Origin: a virus
Reading direction: 5' to 3' (one strand)
Virus record (IMG/VR): IMGVR_UViG_3300036766_001106
Location: 6,984-70,983 of that record
DNA length: 64,000 nt
Positions 53,570-62,252 of this stretch are shown here, piece after piece. The notes under the pieces are model-generated. The model was not told the origin of the DNA. It did not search any database and saw nothing but the letters and a program-made list of their open reading frames with translations. Numbering within the stretch: position 1 is the first letter of the stretch; every line of letters begins with the position of its first letter. The position numbers were made by a program, and so were the translations under genes.

Positions 53570-54085
53570 CTACACCGTGGCCGCCGCCGTTTCCTGAGCG
53601 GGAGGCGGGGCCGCAGGCCGCGCCGGGGGTTTCCGCGCCGGCTGTTTCGCTCCCGGTTTTTTCGCCGCCTGCTTGGCTCCGGCCTTCTTGGTTTGAGGCT
53701 TCTCCGTCTTTTCCTGGGCGATATGCCGCTTGGTGAACCACAGCAACGCCGCATCCAGCATCGGCCCCGGTTTCAGGGACTGAGTCAACTGCGAAGTGTT
53801 GATGATGGGGGACCCGTCCTCGAAGACACAGGAGCCATCGGGTTCCACCAGCACCCGCAGGGGCGGGGTCCCTTCCCTCTCATGGCGGTGGCGGAACCAG
53901 TCCAAGGCATCTGCCAAGAATTCTACCGGGACGGCCTTGCGTAATTCCGCCTCGTTCTTCACCGGCAGGCCGGAAATATGCACATAGGCCCCGTTGGTGC
54001 ACAGCGCGATATGGTAGGGCGGCTCGTGAAAAGACTGCTCCACCTCCAGGGTGCCGAATTGCTTGGTGGTAATGAGTTGACCCAT
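53570..54085 (-). CDS. Hypothetical protein with a K/A/P-rich tail
   Basis: SD GAGGA. Confidence 0.65.
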   Translation of the reverse strand: MGQLITTKQFGTLEVEQSFHEPPYHIALCTNGAYVHISGLPVKNEAELRKAVPVEFLADALDWFRHRHEREGTPPLRVLVEPDGSCVFEDGSPIINTSQLTQSLKPGPMLDAALLWFTKRHIAQEKTEKPQTKKAGAKQAAKKPGAKQPARKPPARPAAPPPAQETAAATV

Positions 54086-54103
54086 AAGATTCCTCTTTCC
54101 GGC

Positions 54104-54697
54104 CTACTGGCCGATTACTTCCAGTTCAAGAACTGTGGCAGGCACTACCACATTGCCGAGTTCCACCAAGGCCGCAGCAGCCACCGCGGTGCCAGTGAGA
54201 GTAGCGGTAAGGCCGGTCTTGGCTACCACACCGCCCTTGGTGGCGCTATCGGCCCCAACAATGGTCCGGTCCGTCGCCGCCAGTTTGCCCAGGGTGGGAC
54301 CAGAAGCCAATACCCCCACATCTTCATCCGCAGTGATTTCGCCGATGACTTTCATGTCGTGGGTATGGTCGGCAACCGCTATCGACCCCGCAGGCGTAAA
54401 CCCGGCACTCCCAAAAATCCGGATGGTGCCGTAGGGCGCCACCGGGGTTGCAACCCTGGGAGTCTTGTCATACCGGTACTCATAGCCGTCGGGGGGCTGT
54501 TCAATGCGAAGGCGTTTGACCACCTTTTTCATCCCGAATTTCTTAAAATCTGGAACCGGGATGCCGTAGGTGTCGTATTTCAAGCTCCCGCCGCCAAAGG
54601 CGATGGTCGGGAAACTTTTCACCCTGCCTTGCTGTGAATAATCCATATCCTGTAACGATATGGTCGTGACCACATCAGTTATTGCGATTTCAGCCAT
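54104..54697 (-). CDS. Putative head decoration or fibre protein
   Basis: SD AGGAG; downstream of the capsid gene. Confidence 0.55.
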   Translation of the reverse strand: MAEIAITDVVTTISLQDMDYSQQGRVKSFPTIAFGGGSLKYDTYGIPVPDFKKFGMKKVVKRLRIEQPPDGYEYRYDKTPRVATPVAPYGTIRIFGSAGFTPAGSIAVADHTHDMKVIGEITADEDVGVLASGPTLGKLAATDRTIVGADSATKGGVVAKTGLTATLTGTAVAAAALVELGNVVVPATVLELEVIGQ

Positions 54698-54711
54698 AGC
54701 CTTTCTCCTTC

Positions 54712-54741
54712 AAAAAGGGGCCCCAAGGATCCCTGGGGCCC
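54712..54741 (-). terminator. Intrinsic terminator after the capsid and decoration genes
   Basis: GGGCCCCAGG-GAT-CCTTGGGGCCC followed by CTTTTT. Confidence 0.75.
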
Positions 54742-54755
54742 GTCTGAGATTGCCG

Positions 54756-55250
54756 TTACGGGGTGCGGTTCACCAGTTGCCCCTGGTTGGGGATGTTCTC
54801 GCCCCGGTCAGAGACCCAGATGATGGGCTGGAATTCACCCGTCTCGGTACCGCCGACCGCCTGGGTGCTGATCCACACCGCCAGGGCGTCCCCTGCCTCG
54901 TAATTGGCAGGCGGCTGCGAGGGCGGCGTTGTCAGCGCCGGGGTGTTGGATACCCCGGTGAAGTAAATCTTCCCGGCCACGTCGCCCTGCTCCAGGTTGA
55001 TGGTGCCCAGGGCCACCTTGTTGTTCGCCACCCCAGCGGGATACTTGTAAAGGGTCAAAACCCCCTTGGTCACCAAGGTGTCGTAGTTAAAGGCCACCGT
55101 AGGCCGGAAACCGAAAGCCCGCGCAAAACCCGGGGTGTTCATGATTTTGGTAAGGATCTCTCCAGCCGCAGCTTCCAGGGCAATGTGGGTGGCCAGGGAA
55201 GCATCACCAATGGCCGCGTCAATTTCTTTAATTCCTTCGCCGTACAACAT
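54756..55250 (-). CDS. Putative capsid decoration protein
   Basis: SD GGAGGT/AAGGA; directly follows the major capsid gene. Confidence 0.6.
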   Translation of the reverse strand: MLYGEGIKEIDAAIGDASLATHIALEAAAGEILTKIMNTPGFARAFGFRPTVAFNYDTLVTKGVLTLYKYPAGVANNKVALGTINLEQGDVAGKIYFTGVSNTPALTTPPSQPPANYEAGDALAVWISTQAVGGTETGEFQPIIWVSDRGENIPNQGQLVNRTP

Positions 55251-55305
55251 ATTCCTTACCTCCTGAGGGGGAGGCGGTTAACCGTCCCCCATCATGGTTT
55301 GCGGT

Positions 55306-56274
55306 TTACGTGCTATCGAGCCGGATGATCTTGGCTTTGCCGTCGTCGGGCAGGTTCCAGATCGACCCAAACGCGATGACGCCCCACCAGGCCATGGCCT
55401 GCACGGTGCCGAAATTGCCCTGGAAGTTGGGGTTCATCCGCAGATGCGGTGCCACCGCTTCCAGATAAGCCACCCCTTCCTTGCCGAAGACCACGCCTTC
55501 GCCAAAGACCGAAGAGGTGCCGGCCACGTTAGAGAAAGCCGCGGCGCGGTTGACCTCAATCCAACGAATCTTGTGGGTCATCCCCATTTCGTTGTTGAAG
55601 AGGAGGTCGCCTTTGCCGAGGTACTGGTGCCACTGGATCAGGCCCCGGTCATCCATCAGGGACTCGATGTTTTTGTTGCAGGTGAGCCCGATGAAGTAGT
55701 TCTTGGTGTAGAAGGGGACGTGGATGGTGTCCCGCATATACGCAGAGATGAGTTTGCAGTGGTCCAGGGTCAGGGGGGCAACAGCCAAGGCCCCCGGCGT
55801 GCCGCTCGTCGCCCAGACCCCGCCGGTCAGGGAGGTGGGAGAGAACACGACCTTCACCGCGGCGGCTTCCTGAAAGGCGTTCGCCGCCATGGTATCCATC
55901 ACCCGGGTCATCTGGTCCTGCAGCTTCTCTTTCAGGACATCGCTGGGTTTGAACACCGACAGGTTTTCCGCCAGTTCGGTGAATTTCACCCCCCGGCCAT
56001 AAGCCTTGAGGGTTATGGCCCGGTTCCCGAAGGTCAGCTTATCGGTGGGGATCTGGCCGTCCTCTTCCGTCTCGGCGGAATCCGGATCGGGCAGTTCGTT
56101 GACGTGCATCAGGTTGACCGTTTCACCGGCGTTCCGCTTGAAGCCGATGCCCTGGTCATTGGTAAAAGGGAAAACCACGCAGTCCCCCAGCACCACCTTG
56201 TAGAGCTTTTTGCTCAACTGGTGGTTGCCGAGAATCCCTGTTTTCCCAATTTCACTCCAGGTGTGAGCATCCAT
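55306..56274 (-). CDS. Major capsid protein (HK97 fold, N4-gp56-like)
   Basis: KRNAGETV, ITLKAYGRGVKFT, NFGTVQAMAWW; follows the scaffold gene; SD GGAGGT. Confidence 0.85.
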   Translation of the reverse strand: MDAHTWSEIGKTGILGNHQLSKKLYKVVLGDCVVFPFTNDQGIGFKRNAGETVNLMHVNELPDPDSAETEEDGQIPTDKLTFGNRAITLKAYGRGVKFTELAENLSVFKPSDVLKEKLQDQMTRVMDTMAANAFQEAAAVKVVFSPTSLTGGVWATSGTPGALAVAPLTLDHCKLISAYMRDTIHVPFYTKNYFIGLTCNKNIESLMDDRGLIQWHQYLGKGDLLFNNEMGMTHKIRWIEVNRAAAFSNVAGTSSVFGEGVVFGKEGVAYLEAVAPHLRMNPNFQGNFGTVQAMAWWGVIAFGSIWNLPDDGKAKIIRLDST

Positions 56275-56285
56275 CTTTCAACCTC

Positions 56286-57269
56286 CTATCCTTGTATCCG
56301 CCGTCCTTCCTGGACTTCCCGTAAGATGCCGGCGGAGGTGTAAGGTTCATTGTCGGTGTCAGTTTTCTTGGCAGGCGGGGGGCGGTTGTTGCCCCTCTCC
56401 AGCACCACGTTCCTGGCCTGAGTTTGGCGAGCCTTTTCTCGTTCCTCGTCCGTCATTTGCACCACTTTGCCGGTGCGTTTCCGGACCTCAGCCACCACCC
56501 AATCCACTTGCTCCTGAAGGGGTTTGGTGTCGTATTCCTCCGGGAGCTTTTTCCTCATGTGCTCAAATTGGACGGAGTCCACCGAGTCTGAATCAGCCAT
56601 ATCCAAGCCAGATTTGGCCGCCAGGTCGAAAGCCTGTTCCAAAATGCTCGGCGGCCTGGGTTGCCGGGCCTTTAACTGCTCTTCCACCCGGCGATCGATG
56701 ATCTCGTCCAAAGCCTTTGGGTCCGGAGCAGGTTGTCCCGCTCCACCGAGACCGGCCTTGCGCCAGGCCCGAGCCACCTTCTTCTTATATTCCGGGTCGA
56801 ACTCGTCCAGTTCGTTGATCTCATCCAGGGCGGCCTCGATCCGGCCCTCCTGTTCAGCCTCCAATTCCTCGGCAGACTTGGCCGGGGCCACCGGCTTCGG
56901 AGGCGCTGCCTCCAGCTTTTGTTTGAGATCGTCCCGTTCGCGTTCGGCTGCTTCCAGGGCCTCGCGGTCCCGCTTGGCCTCTTCCGCTTTCTCCGTGGCG
57001 AAACGCTGGTGCTCCCGGGCCCCTTCCTCCGCCTCTTCCCACGATTTGTATTTCTTCTCCGGGGGTTTGGGCGGCTCCGGAGGTTCATCCCCGGCCGGTG
57101 GGGTTTCCGGTGGGGTTTCCGGTGGGGTTTCTTCGGTGTCTGGTTCGGCTTCCGCCTCCCGGGTCACGATGGACTCGCCATCAAAAACCTGTTGGGGAAG
57201 CCCTGCCATCAGGTCAGCCGAAGAGTAGCCAACCTTCTCGATTTCGCCTTCTGCGGGTTTGTCTGCCAC
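56286..57269 (-). CDS. Scaffolding protein
   Basis: Acidic Pro-rich N-terminus, KYKSWEEAEEG, coiled coil; SD GGGAG before GTG; ETPP x3 repeat at 57095-57131. Confidence 0.75.
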   Translation of the reverse strand: MADKPAEGEIEKVGYSSADLMAGLPQQVFDGESIVTREAEAEPDTEETPPETPPETPPAGDEPPEPPKPPEKKYKSWEEAEEGAREHQRFATEKAEEAKRDREALEAAERERDDLKQKLEAAPPKPVAPAKSAEELEAEQEGRIEAALDEINELDEFDPEYKKKVARAWRKAGLGGAGQPAPDPKALDEIIDRRVEEQLKARQPRPPSILEQAFDLAAKSGLDMADSDSVDSVQFEHMRKKLPEEYDTKPLQEQVDWVVAEVRKRTGKVVQMTDEEREKARQTQARNVVLERGNNRPPPAKKTDTDNEPYTSAGILREVQEGRRIQG

Positions 57270-57314
57270 GGTGTCTCCCTTTTCTGCTGCGGGAATCCTT
57301 GCGGGCCGCAGCCG

Positions 57315-57410
57315 GGGCAACAAAAAAGACGGCAATCAAGTGATCAGGCACCTGATTGCCGTCTTCTTTGCTCTTGCGTCCTTCAGTCGTTGGCCGACGA
57401 CCGAAAGAAC
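57315..57410 (-). ncRNA. Candidate cis-regulatory RNA, copy 2
   Basis: Same architecture as 6738-6833, with covariation. Confidence 0.65.
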
Positions 57411-57429
57411 CCCAATTTTATTTTACTGC

Positions 57430-57810
57430 TCAGGCCGGAATCTCTTCCGAGGCGGCCTGTGGTTCTCTCATTAAGCTATTCAAAGGTCCCAAAGCATGAC
57501 GGGCCAGTTGCTCCGCCACCGCCGGGATAGGATCTATCTTATTCCGCCAACCAATGATGATTTTCTTGAAAGCCTGACATTGGGGGTCTGCCGCCGCCAA
57601 TTCCACCAGCCGGGTTTTTAGGGCCTCCACCACCAAGACCAAGCCGGGGTTGTCTCGTAAATCTGCTATGAGATTGATGGCCTCTACGGTAGCCTGCTGT
57701 TTCTTTAGGGCCGCCTCATTCTGGCGTTGTTCCAGGGTTTTGACTTCCCGGGGTTTCCCGGTGCCAATCTCTACGTCTATCCCGCCGGCGCCCATGGGTT
57801 GATGGGACAT
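57430..57810 (-). CDS. Hypothetical head-module protein
   Basis: TAATG coupling to the portal gene. Confidence 0.65.
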   Translation of the reverse strand: MSHQPMGAGGIDVEIGTGKPREVKTLEQRQNEAALKKQQATVEAINLIADLRDNPGLVLVVEALKTRLVELAAADPQCQAFKKIIIGWRNKIDPIPAVAEQLARHALGPLNSLMREPQAASEEIPA

Positions 57811-59975
57811 TACTTAGCACCTCCCGGATTAGACGCCGGGGCGGGCGGGGGCCGTAACGCAGCTTTGGCTTGCGCCAAGGCCAGTTTGGCTTGAGCGAGG
57901 ATTAATTGCACCTTGGCCGCCTCTGTATCTGCCTGACGCTGGGTAAGTTCAGCCTGGGCCAGGGTCAGGTCTGGCTTAAACTCATCCTCGACCCCGGTAG
58001 CACCCGTTCCCGGCTCAGGCCTTCCCTCGACCTCAGCCTTTGCCAAGGCCAGGGCCGCCTTGCCCTCGTGTTCTTTCGCCTTGGCCAAATTCATCTCAGC
58101 CTTGGCCTGCTCCGATTGAGCCTTCATTTCGGCCAGGGCCGCTTCCGCCGCCGCCGCTGCCTGCTGCGCCTTAATTGCCGCTTCCTGCTGGACCTGTTGG
58201 GCGGTATCAACCCGGTCTGCCGTATCCTGGTCCACAAAAACATTTTCATTTTGCAGTTGGAGGCGCTTTTCGGTGGAAAGGCAGATTGAATATGGCTTGA
58301 GATACGGTTGAAAGAGGGGATTTTCGCTCATGGGCAAGATCACGTCCCGAATATTTCGCCAAATCTCTGCGTCCTTCATTAGGGCCGAAATCCCGGCGAC
58401 CCGGAAATTGCCGGTGGTCAACTGGGGTAAATTCAAGCCGGTAGGAAATTCCGGGGAAACTGGCACCCGGTACTGATCGGCCACCTCCGGCCCCATCAAC
58501 ATCGCCAGTTCCTCATAAGTGATGTTGATGGCCACCGTCTCGGCCCCGGCCAAAATTGCATTCAGGGCCCCATCCTCCAGGTTCTTCCCCATAGACCCCA
58601 CGATGGTCATGGACTGGTCCAAGTTCTGGGCGGCTTCCCGAGCCGTCACTTCGGCCCGATAGCCCGGAGCACCCATGGCGGAGTAATCCATCAGGCCGCC
58701 GTCCTGGTGTCTCTGGTCGTAAAAATTCAAAATAGCAATGGCCTCGCCTACCTGGGACTTAATATCGGTTGCCCGCACCACCTGTTGACCCTGGGCTGAA
58801 CCATGGGTCTGCCAGATTTTCCCGGGATAAACATCAACGTCCCTTTGGTCCACTAAAGACTGAACATCGACCTCTATCATCGGGTTGACCATCCAGTTCA
58901 GGTGGTCAGCGTGGAGGCTCATAAGGTTGCACATCAGATACCAAAGGCTTTTGATCCCCTGGATCAGGCCCCTTCCATCAAATCTAAGAAGGTGCGGCAG
59001 GGCGCTGAAACCGATACCTGGCCACCTCAGGGTAGGATAAGGACTGACCTTGGGGAGACCGATAACCCGACCCCCCGCGGTGGTAAAAGAGGCGTTGGGT
59101 AGCAACATCTCTCCCCTTCGGTCCAAAACCGTGCCCCAAAACTCCGAAGTCAACGCCGCCTTTTGGTAGGTGGATTTGCTCCACACCATGGCCTTGCGTC
59201 GGGCGATTTCCGTTTCCGACAGGTTGGGGTCTTGGCTTTGGCCCCAGCTCCCGGCCGGGCCGAAGTCTCCGATATTGACAAAACGCCCCTCCCGCTCCCA
59301 TTCTTTCAGGAGGTGATAGGGCATATATTCCTGGTGTATCCAATACATCCCCGATTGCGGCTGCCGGGAAACTGCGTCCGGATCCCGGTGAATCTTCCAG
59401 GGTTCCACCAAGATGTAGCGTAACCCCTTGCCCGGGCGCCACACCGGGATCATCTCCATAGACTGCCCCACCGCCAAGCTCATGCCGGTAGCGTCCACGA
59501 AATTGATGGGGAAATTGGCATAGTTCCGGGTTAACATAGTCCCCATCAACTTCTTCCAGAATTCCACTGCCTTGTCGTCCCTCTCGTTCTCGATGGACAA
59601 AAACTCTACATCGAAGGCCTTGCGGACGATGGACATACCGAACTGCACCAATTTGAAGGGCTTGGGGTAAATTACCCGAGACTGCCACGTCTCTTTATGC
59701 GCGTAGTTGTAAGGCTCTTCTTCGTTGTAAACCCGCCAGCATTCATCTTGCGCCTGCCGGATGTCGGTCATGGCCTGCACCGAGGTCCGGACGCAATCAT
59801 CCAAAAAGCTGACGAAGTGCGGCTCATCCTCTCGACCGTAAGCCTGGGCAGCCTCTCCCCTTTCCCGTAACTCTTGGGCGTCCATCTCCGGCCGGTCAGG
59901 ACCGCCCCGACTGGCCTGAAAAATGGCCCGCTTCATTGCGGCTTCTTGGTTTTCGCTGGGCAGGTAAACAGCCAT
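57810..59975 (-). CDS. Portal protein (P22/podovirus-like)
   Basis: 721 aa after TerL; VEPWKIHRDPDA, VYPGKIW, TAREA; Ala/Gln-rich C-terminal barrel. Confidence 0.85.
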   Translation of the reverse strand: MAVYLPSENQEAAMKRAIFQASRGGPDRPEMDAQELRERGEAAQAYGREDEPHFVSFLDDCVRTSVQAMTDIRQAQDECWRVYNEEEPYNYAHKETWQSRVIYPKPFKLVQFGMSIVRKAFDVEFLSIENERDDKAVEFWKKLMGTMLTRNYANFPINFVDATGMSLAVGQSMEMIPVWRPGKGLRYILVEPWKIHRDPDAVSRQPQSGMYWIHQEYMPYHLLKEWEREGRFVNIGDFGPAGSWGQSQDPNLSETEIARRKAMVWSKSTYQKAALTSEFWGTVLDRRGEMLLPNASFTTAGGRVIGLPKVSPYPTLRWPGIGFSALPHLLRFDGRGLIQGIKSLWYLMCNLMSLHADHLNWMVNPMIEVDVQSLVDQRDVDVYPGKIWQTHGSAQGQQVVRATDIKSQVGEAIAILNFYDQRHQDGGLMDYSAMGAPGYRAEVTAREAAQNLDQSMTIVGSMGKNLEDGALNAILAGAETVAINITYEELAMLMGPEVADQYRVPVSPEFPTGLNLPQLTTGNFRVAGISALMKDAEIWRNIRDVILPMSENPLFQPYLKPYSICLSTEKRLQLQNENVFVDQDTADRVDTAQQVQQEAAIKAQQAAAAAEAALAEMKAQSEQAKAEMNLAKAKEHEGKAALALAKAEVEGRPEPGTGATGVEDEFKPDLTLAQAELTQRQADTEAAKVQLILAQAKLALAQAKAALRPPPAPASNPGGAK

Positions 59976-59981
59976 TGGTCC

Positions 59982-60227
59982 CTATCTCTTAGGAAAAGGC
60001 ATTTTCTGGACGTGCTCCCCCACCATCTTCACCGGGATCCGACGCTTTTTCGGGACTCGGTTCGGCAACCCCTTCTCCGGGGTGGTGGCAAATTCCTGTA
60101 GATCACTCGGCTTCATGCTCTTAGCCATTTCCGCCGAGGGTGTCCCGGGTTTGGGCTGCATCTTGCCTTCCTGGATGGCCGTAGCCATCCCTGCCGCCCT
60201 GCGCTGCTTCTTACTCTCTGCGGGCAT
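59982..60227 (-). CDS. DUF3008-like small basic protein
   Basis: MPAESKKQRRAAGMA...SMKPSDLQEFATT..KGLP; SD GGAGGG. Confidence 0.7.
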   Translation of the reverse strand: MPAESKKQRRAAGMATAIQEGKMQPKPGTPSAEMAKSMKPSDLQEFATTPEKGLPNRVPKKRRIPVKMVGEHVQKMPFPKR

Positions 60228-60229
60228 CT

Positions 60230-60466
60230 TCAAACCCTCCATTTGATTAACGAATAGTTCTGCCGGAACTTGTCCGAGGGGGTGTGCCGGCAAGAGGCCA
60301 GGTCGCCCGTGGGGGCTGGCGGTTCGCCGTTCCACCCGTTCTCCGGGGTGAAGATTTTCCCGTCCACCACGCTCTTGAAACATTCCCGGCCCTGCGGCTC
60401 CCCGTCGGGCCCCGTGCCCGTAAACACCTTCATGGGCCACCAACCCCTGTAACCACTGGTGTCCAT
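60230..60466 (-). CDS. Hypothetical protein
   Basis: TAATG coupling to TerL. Confidence 0.6.
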   Translation of the reverse strand: MDTSGYRGWWPMKVFTGTGPDGEPQGRECFKSVVDGKIFTPENGWNGEPPAPTGDLASCRHTPSDKFRQNYSLIKWRV

Positions 60467-61944
60467 TAGGCTCTGTGCCCTCCCGTCGCATAACTTTGGA
60501 TTCTCTGTTTGACCTTGACCGCCACCTTGCGGTATTCCCCCAGGTGAACCCGGCGGTCCAGGGCCGGTAGCAACACCCCGACTGCATTGGCCCAGGCATC
60601 ACAGGGATGGCTATGAATGTCCTTATCCGGCTTGACATTCTTGAGAACATTGCCGGAATTGTCCGTCCTGTAGTGCCAGGCCCCCCGCAACCCTTTATCG
60701 AGAAGCCGGTTATCGTTGGAAAGCAGCACCAGGGAGTCGCCGCGATGGTCGCCGTCCTGGAGGGCCCGGGCGATGTGCCGCTTCATGGTGTCCCACTTGG
60801 AGGGGCCGATCTCGAAGAAGATCCCCGGCAACTTCAGAAACTTGCGGAAGGCTTCTTCTACGACCCTGGCCGCCGATTCACTCCGGTTGCTCTGGTCCGG
60901 CTGCTTCATGGTGAAGTCACCGCCGATCCGCCAGGAATTGGGTTTTCCCTTCCATTTGGGAGAATTAAGCAGGGGGATTACCTGGGTATGGATTAGGGTG
61001 CGGATGTCCGAATTCTGAAGACGCAGGGTGTCGATGAAAGTCAGGCGGCCAGTGGAAGTGATTTGCCCCAGGACGCAAGCCGGGTTGTGCCAGGAGTCGA
61101 AGAAGGCGAAAGAGACCAGCCCGGGGGCCGGGACCAAGATGTCCGGGCAGAGATGCCGTTCCCGCTTATACTGCGGCGTTACCTTCTCGCCCCGGTACAC
61201 CGCAGCAAACTCGCCTTTGACGTACCGGGCGTAGGCAGACTCATCGTTCTCGTACATCTTCTTGGCCATCTGGCGAGACTCTTCCTTGAGATGCTGATTC
61301 TCGCCATAAGGCACATTCCAAACCTGTTTCTGCACCAGGGGGAAGTTGGGGTCGAAATCCTCTTCCTCGATGAAGCGGCGGTGCGTCCAATGCTCCTCGT
61401 CCGCCGGGTTCATGTCCACAATCAGCCGGCCAGGGGTGGCCTTGCGCCGGACGGCCCGGATGCCCGCCACGTTATAGACTTCTTCCGACAGTCCGGCATT
61501 GGCCTTGTCGGCGATGGGGGCGGGCTCATTCAGCCAGATCAGGGAGTAAGCCGATGAGCCTTGCAGTTTCCCTAGACTGGCCGGGTCATCAATACCGAAC
61601 AAGTCCACTTCGATGCGGGGGTTGATGTAGAGGGTTAGTTCCTTGTATTCATTTTTAAAGCGGTAGAGTTTGGTGTGGTCATCTGGAAAAAATTCCTGGA
61701 AGAACTCCTCCACGGAAGGGACGATGCTCAACTTGATGTTTTCTAAGGTATCCCTAACAATGGCGCACCTTATAGGCTGGCCGCAACGTATCGCCGCGTG
61801 GTATATCATGGTGGCGATACAACCGAAGGTTTTGCCTTCTCCTAAAGGCGCCACCAGAATGGTGATCGTTTTCTCTGATTCAATGAAGTCCTGGATAGTA
61901 GGAGAAAACTTATCCAGTAAATGAAACTGGTCAAGCTGGTCCAT
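60466..61944 (-). CDS. terL: Terminase large subunit
   Basis: APLGEGKT, IVRDTLENIK, WLNE, DMNP, HSHPCDA. Confidence 0.9.
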   Translation of the reverse strand: MDQLDQFHLLDKFSPTIQDFIESEKTITILVAPLGEGKTFGCIATMIYHAAIRCGQPIRCAIVRDTLENIKLSIVPSVEEFFQEFFPDDHTKLYRFKNEYKELTLYINPRIEVDLFGIDDPASLGKLQGSSAYSLIWLNEPAPIADKANAGLSEEVYNVAGIRAVRRKATPGRLIVDMNPADEEHWTHRRFIEEEDFDPNFPLVQKQVWNVPYGENQHLKEESRQMAKKMYENDESAYARYVKGEFAAVYRGEKVTPQYKRERHLCPDILVPAPGLVSFAFFDSWHNPACVLGQITSTGRLTFIDTLRLQNSDIRTLIHTQVIPLLNSPKWKGKPNSWRIGGDFTMKQPDQSNRSESAARVVEEAFRKFLKLPGIFFEIGPSKWDTMKRHIARALQDGDHRGDSLVLLSNDNRLLDKGLRGAWHYRTDNSGNVLKNVKPDKDIHSHPCDAWANAVGVLLPALDRRVHLGEYRKVAVKVKQRIQSYATGGHRA

Positions 61945-62055
61945 ATTAAAGCGATAGCATTATAAAAGGAAAAAACAAGGGTGGAATCTACCCTTGACAA
62001 AGAATATTTTCTTTAGTATTTGGTGTTTATCTTAAAGAGATAGGAGCTATTTCTT

Positions 62056-62250
62056 ATGAAAAAGGTAAACGTGCGGGGGGCGGGTCAGTTGAAGCCAACA
62101 ACGGTGAAGAAAGTGCGTAATTTTGGGGGGTCATACTATATTCTGTTACCAAAACCCTTCTGCAAGAAGCATGATATTAAGGCCGGAACTGAAATGGCCT
62201 TAATAATGGGGCACGAATTACGGGTTACGCCGATAAATAAAGGGGAATAG
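62056..62250 (+). CDS. AbrB/MazE/SpoVT-family DNA-binding protein
   Basis: KKVRNFGGSYYILLPK..KHDIKAG; SD AGGAG. Confidence 0.8.
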   Translation: MKKVNVRGAGQLKPTTVKKVRNFGGSYYILLPKPFCKKHDIKAGTEMALIMGHELRVTPINKGE

Positions 62251-62252
62251 GG

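Noticed and set aside
57095-57131. 12-bp tandem repeats in the scaffold gene (and in the endolysin linker, 17843-17890)
   Set aside because: In-frame low-complexity linker expansions; no evidence of phase variation.
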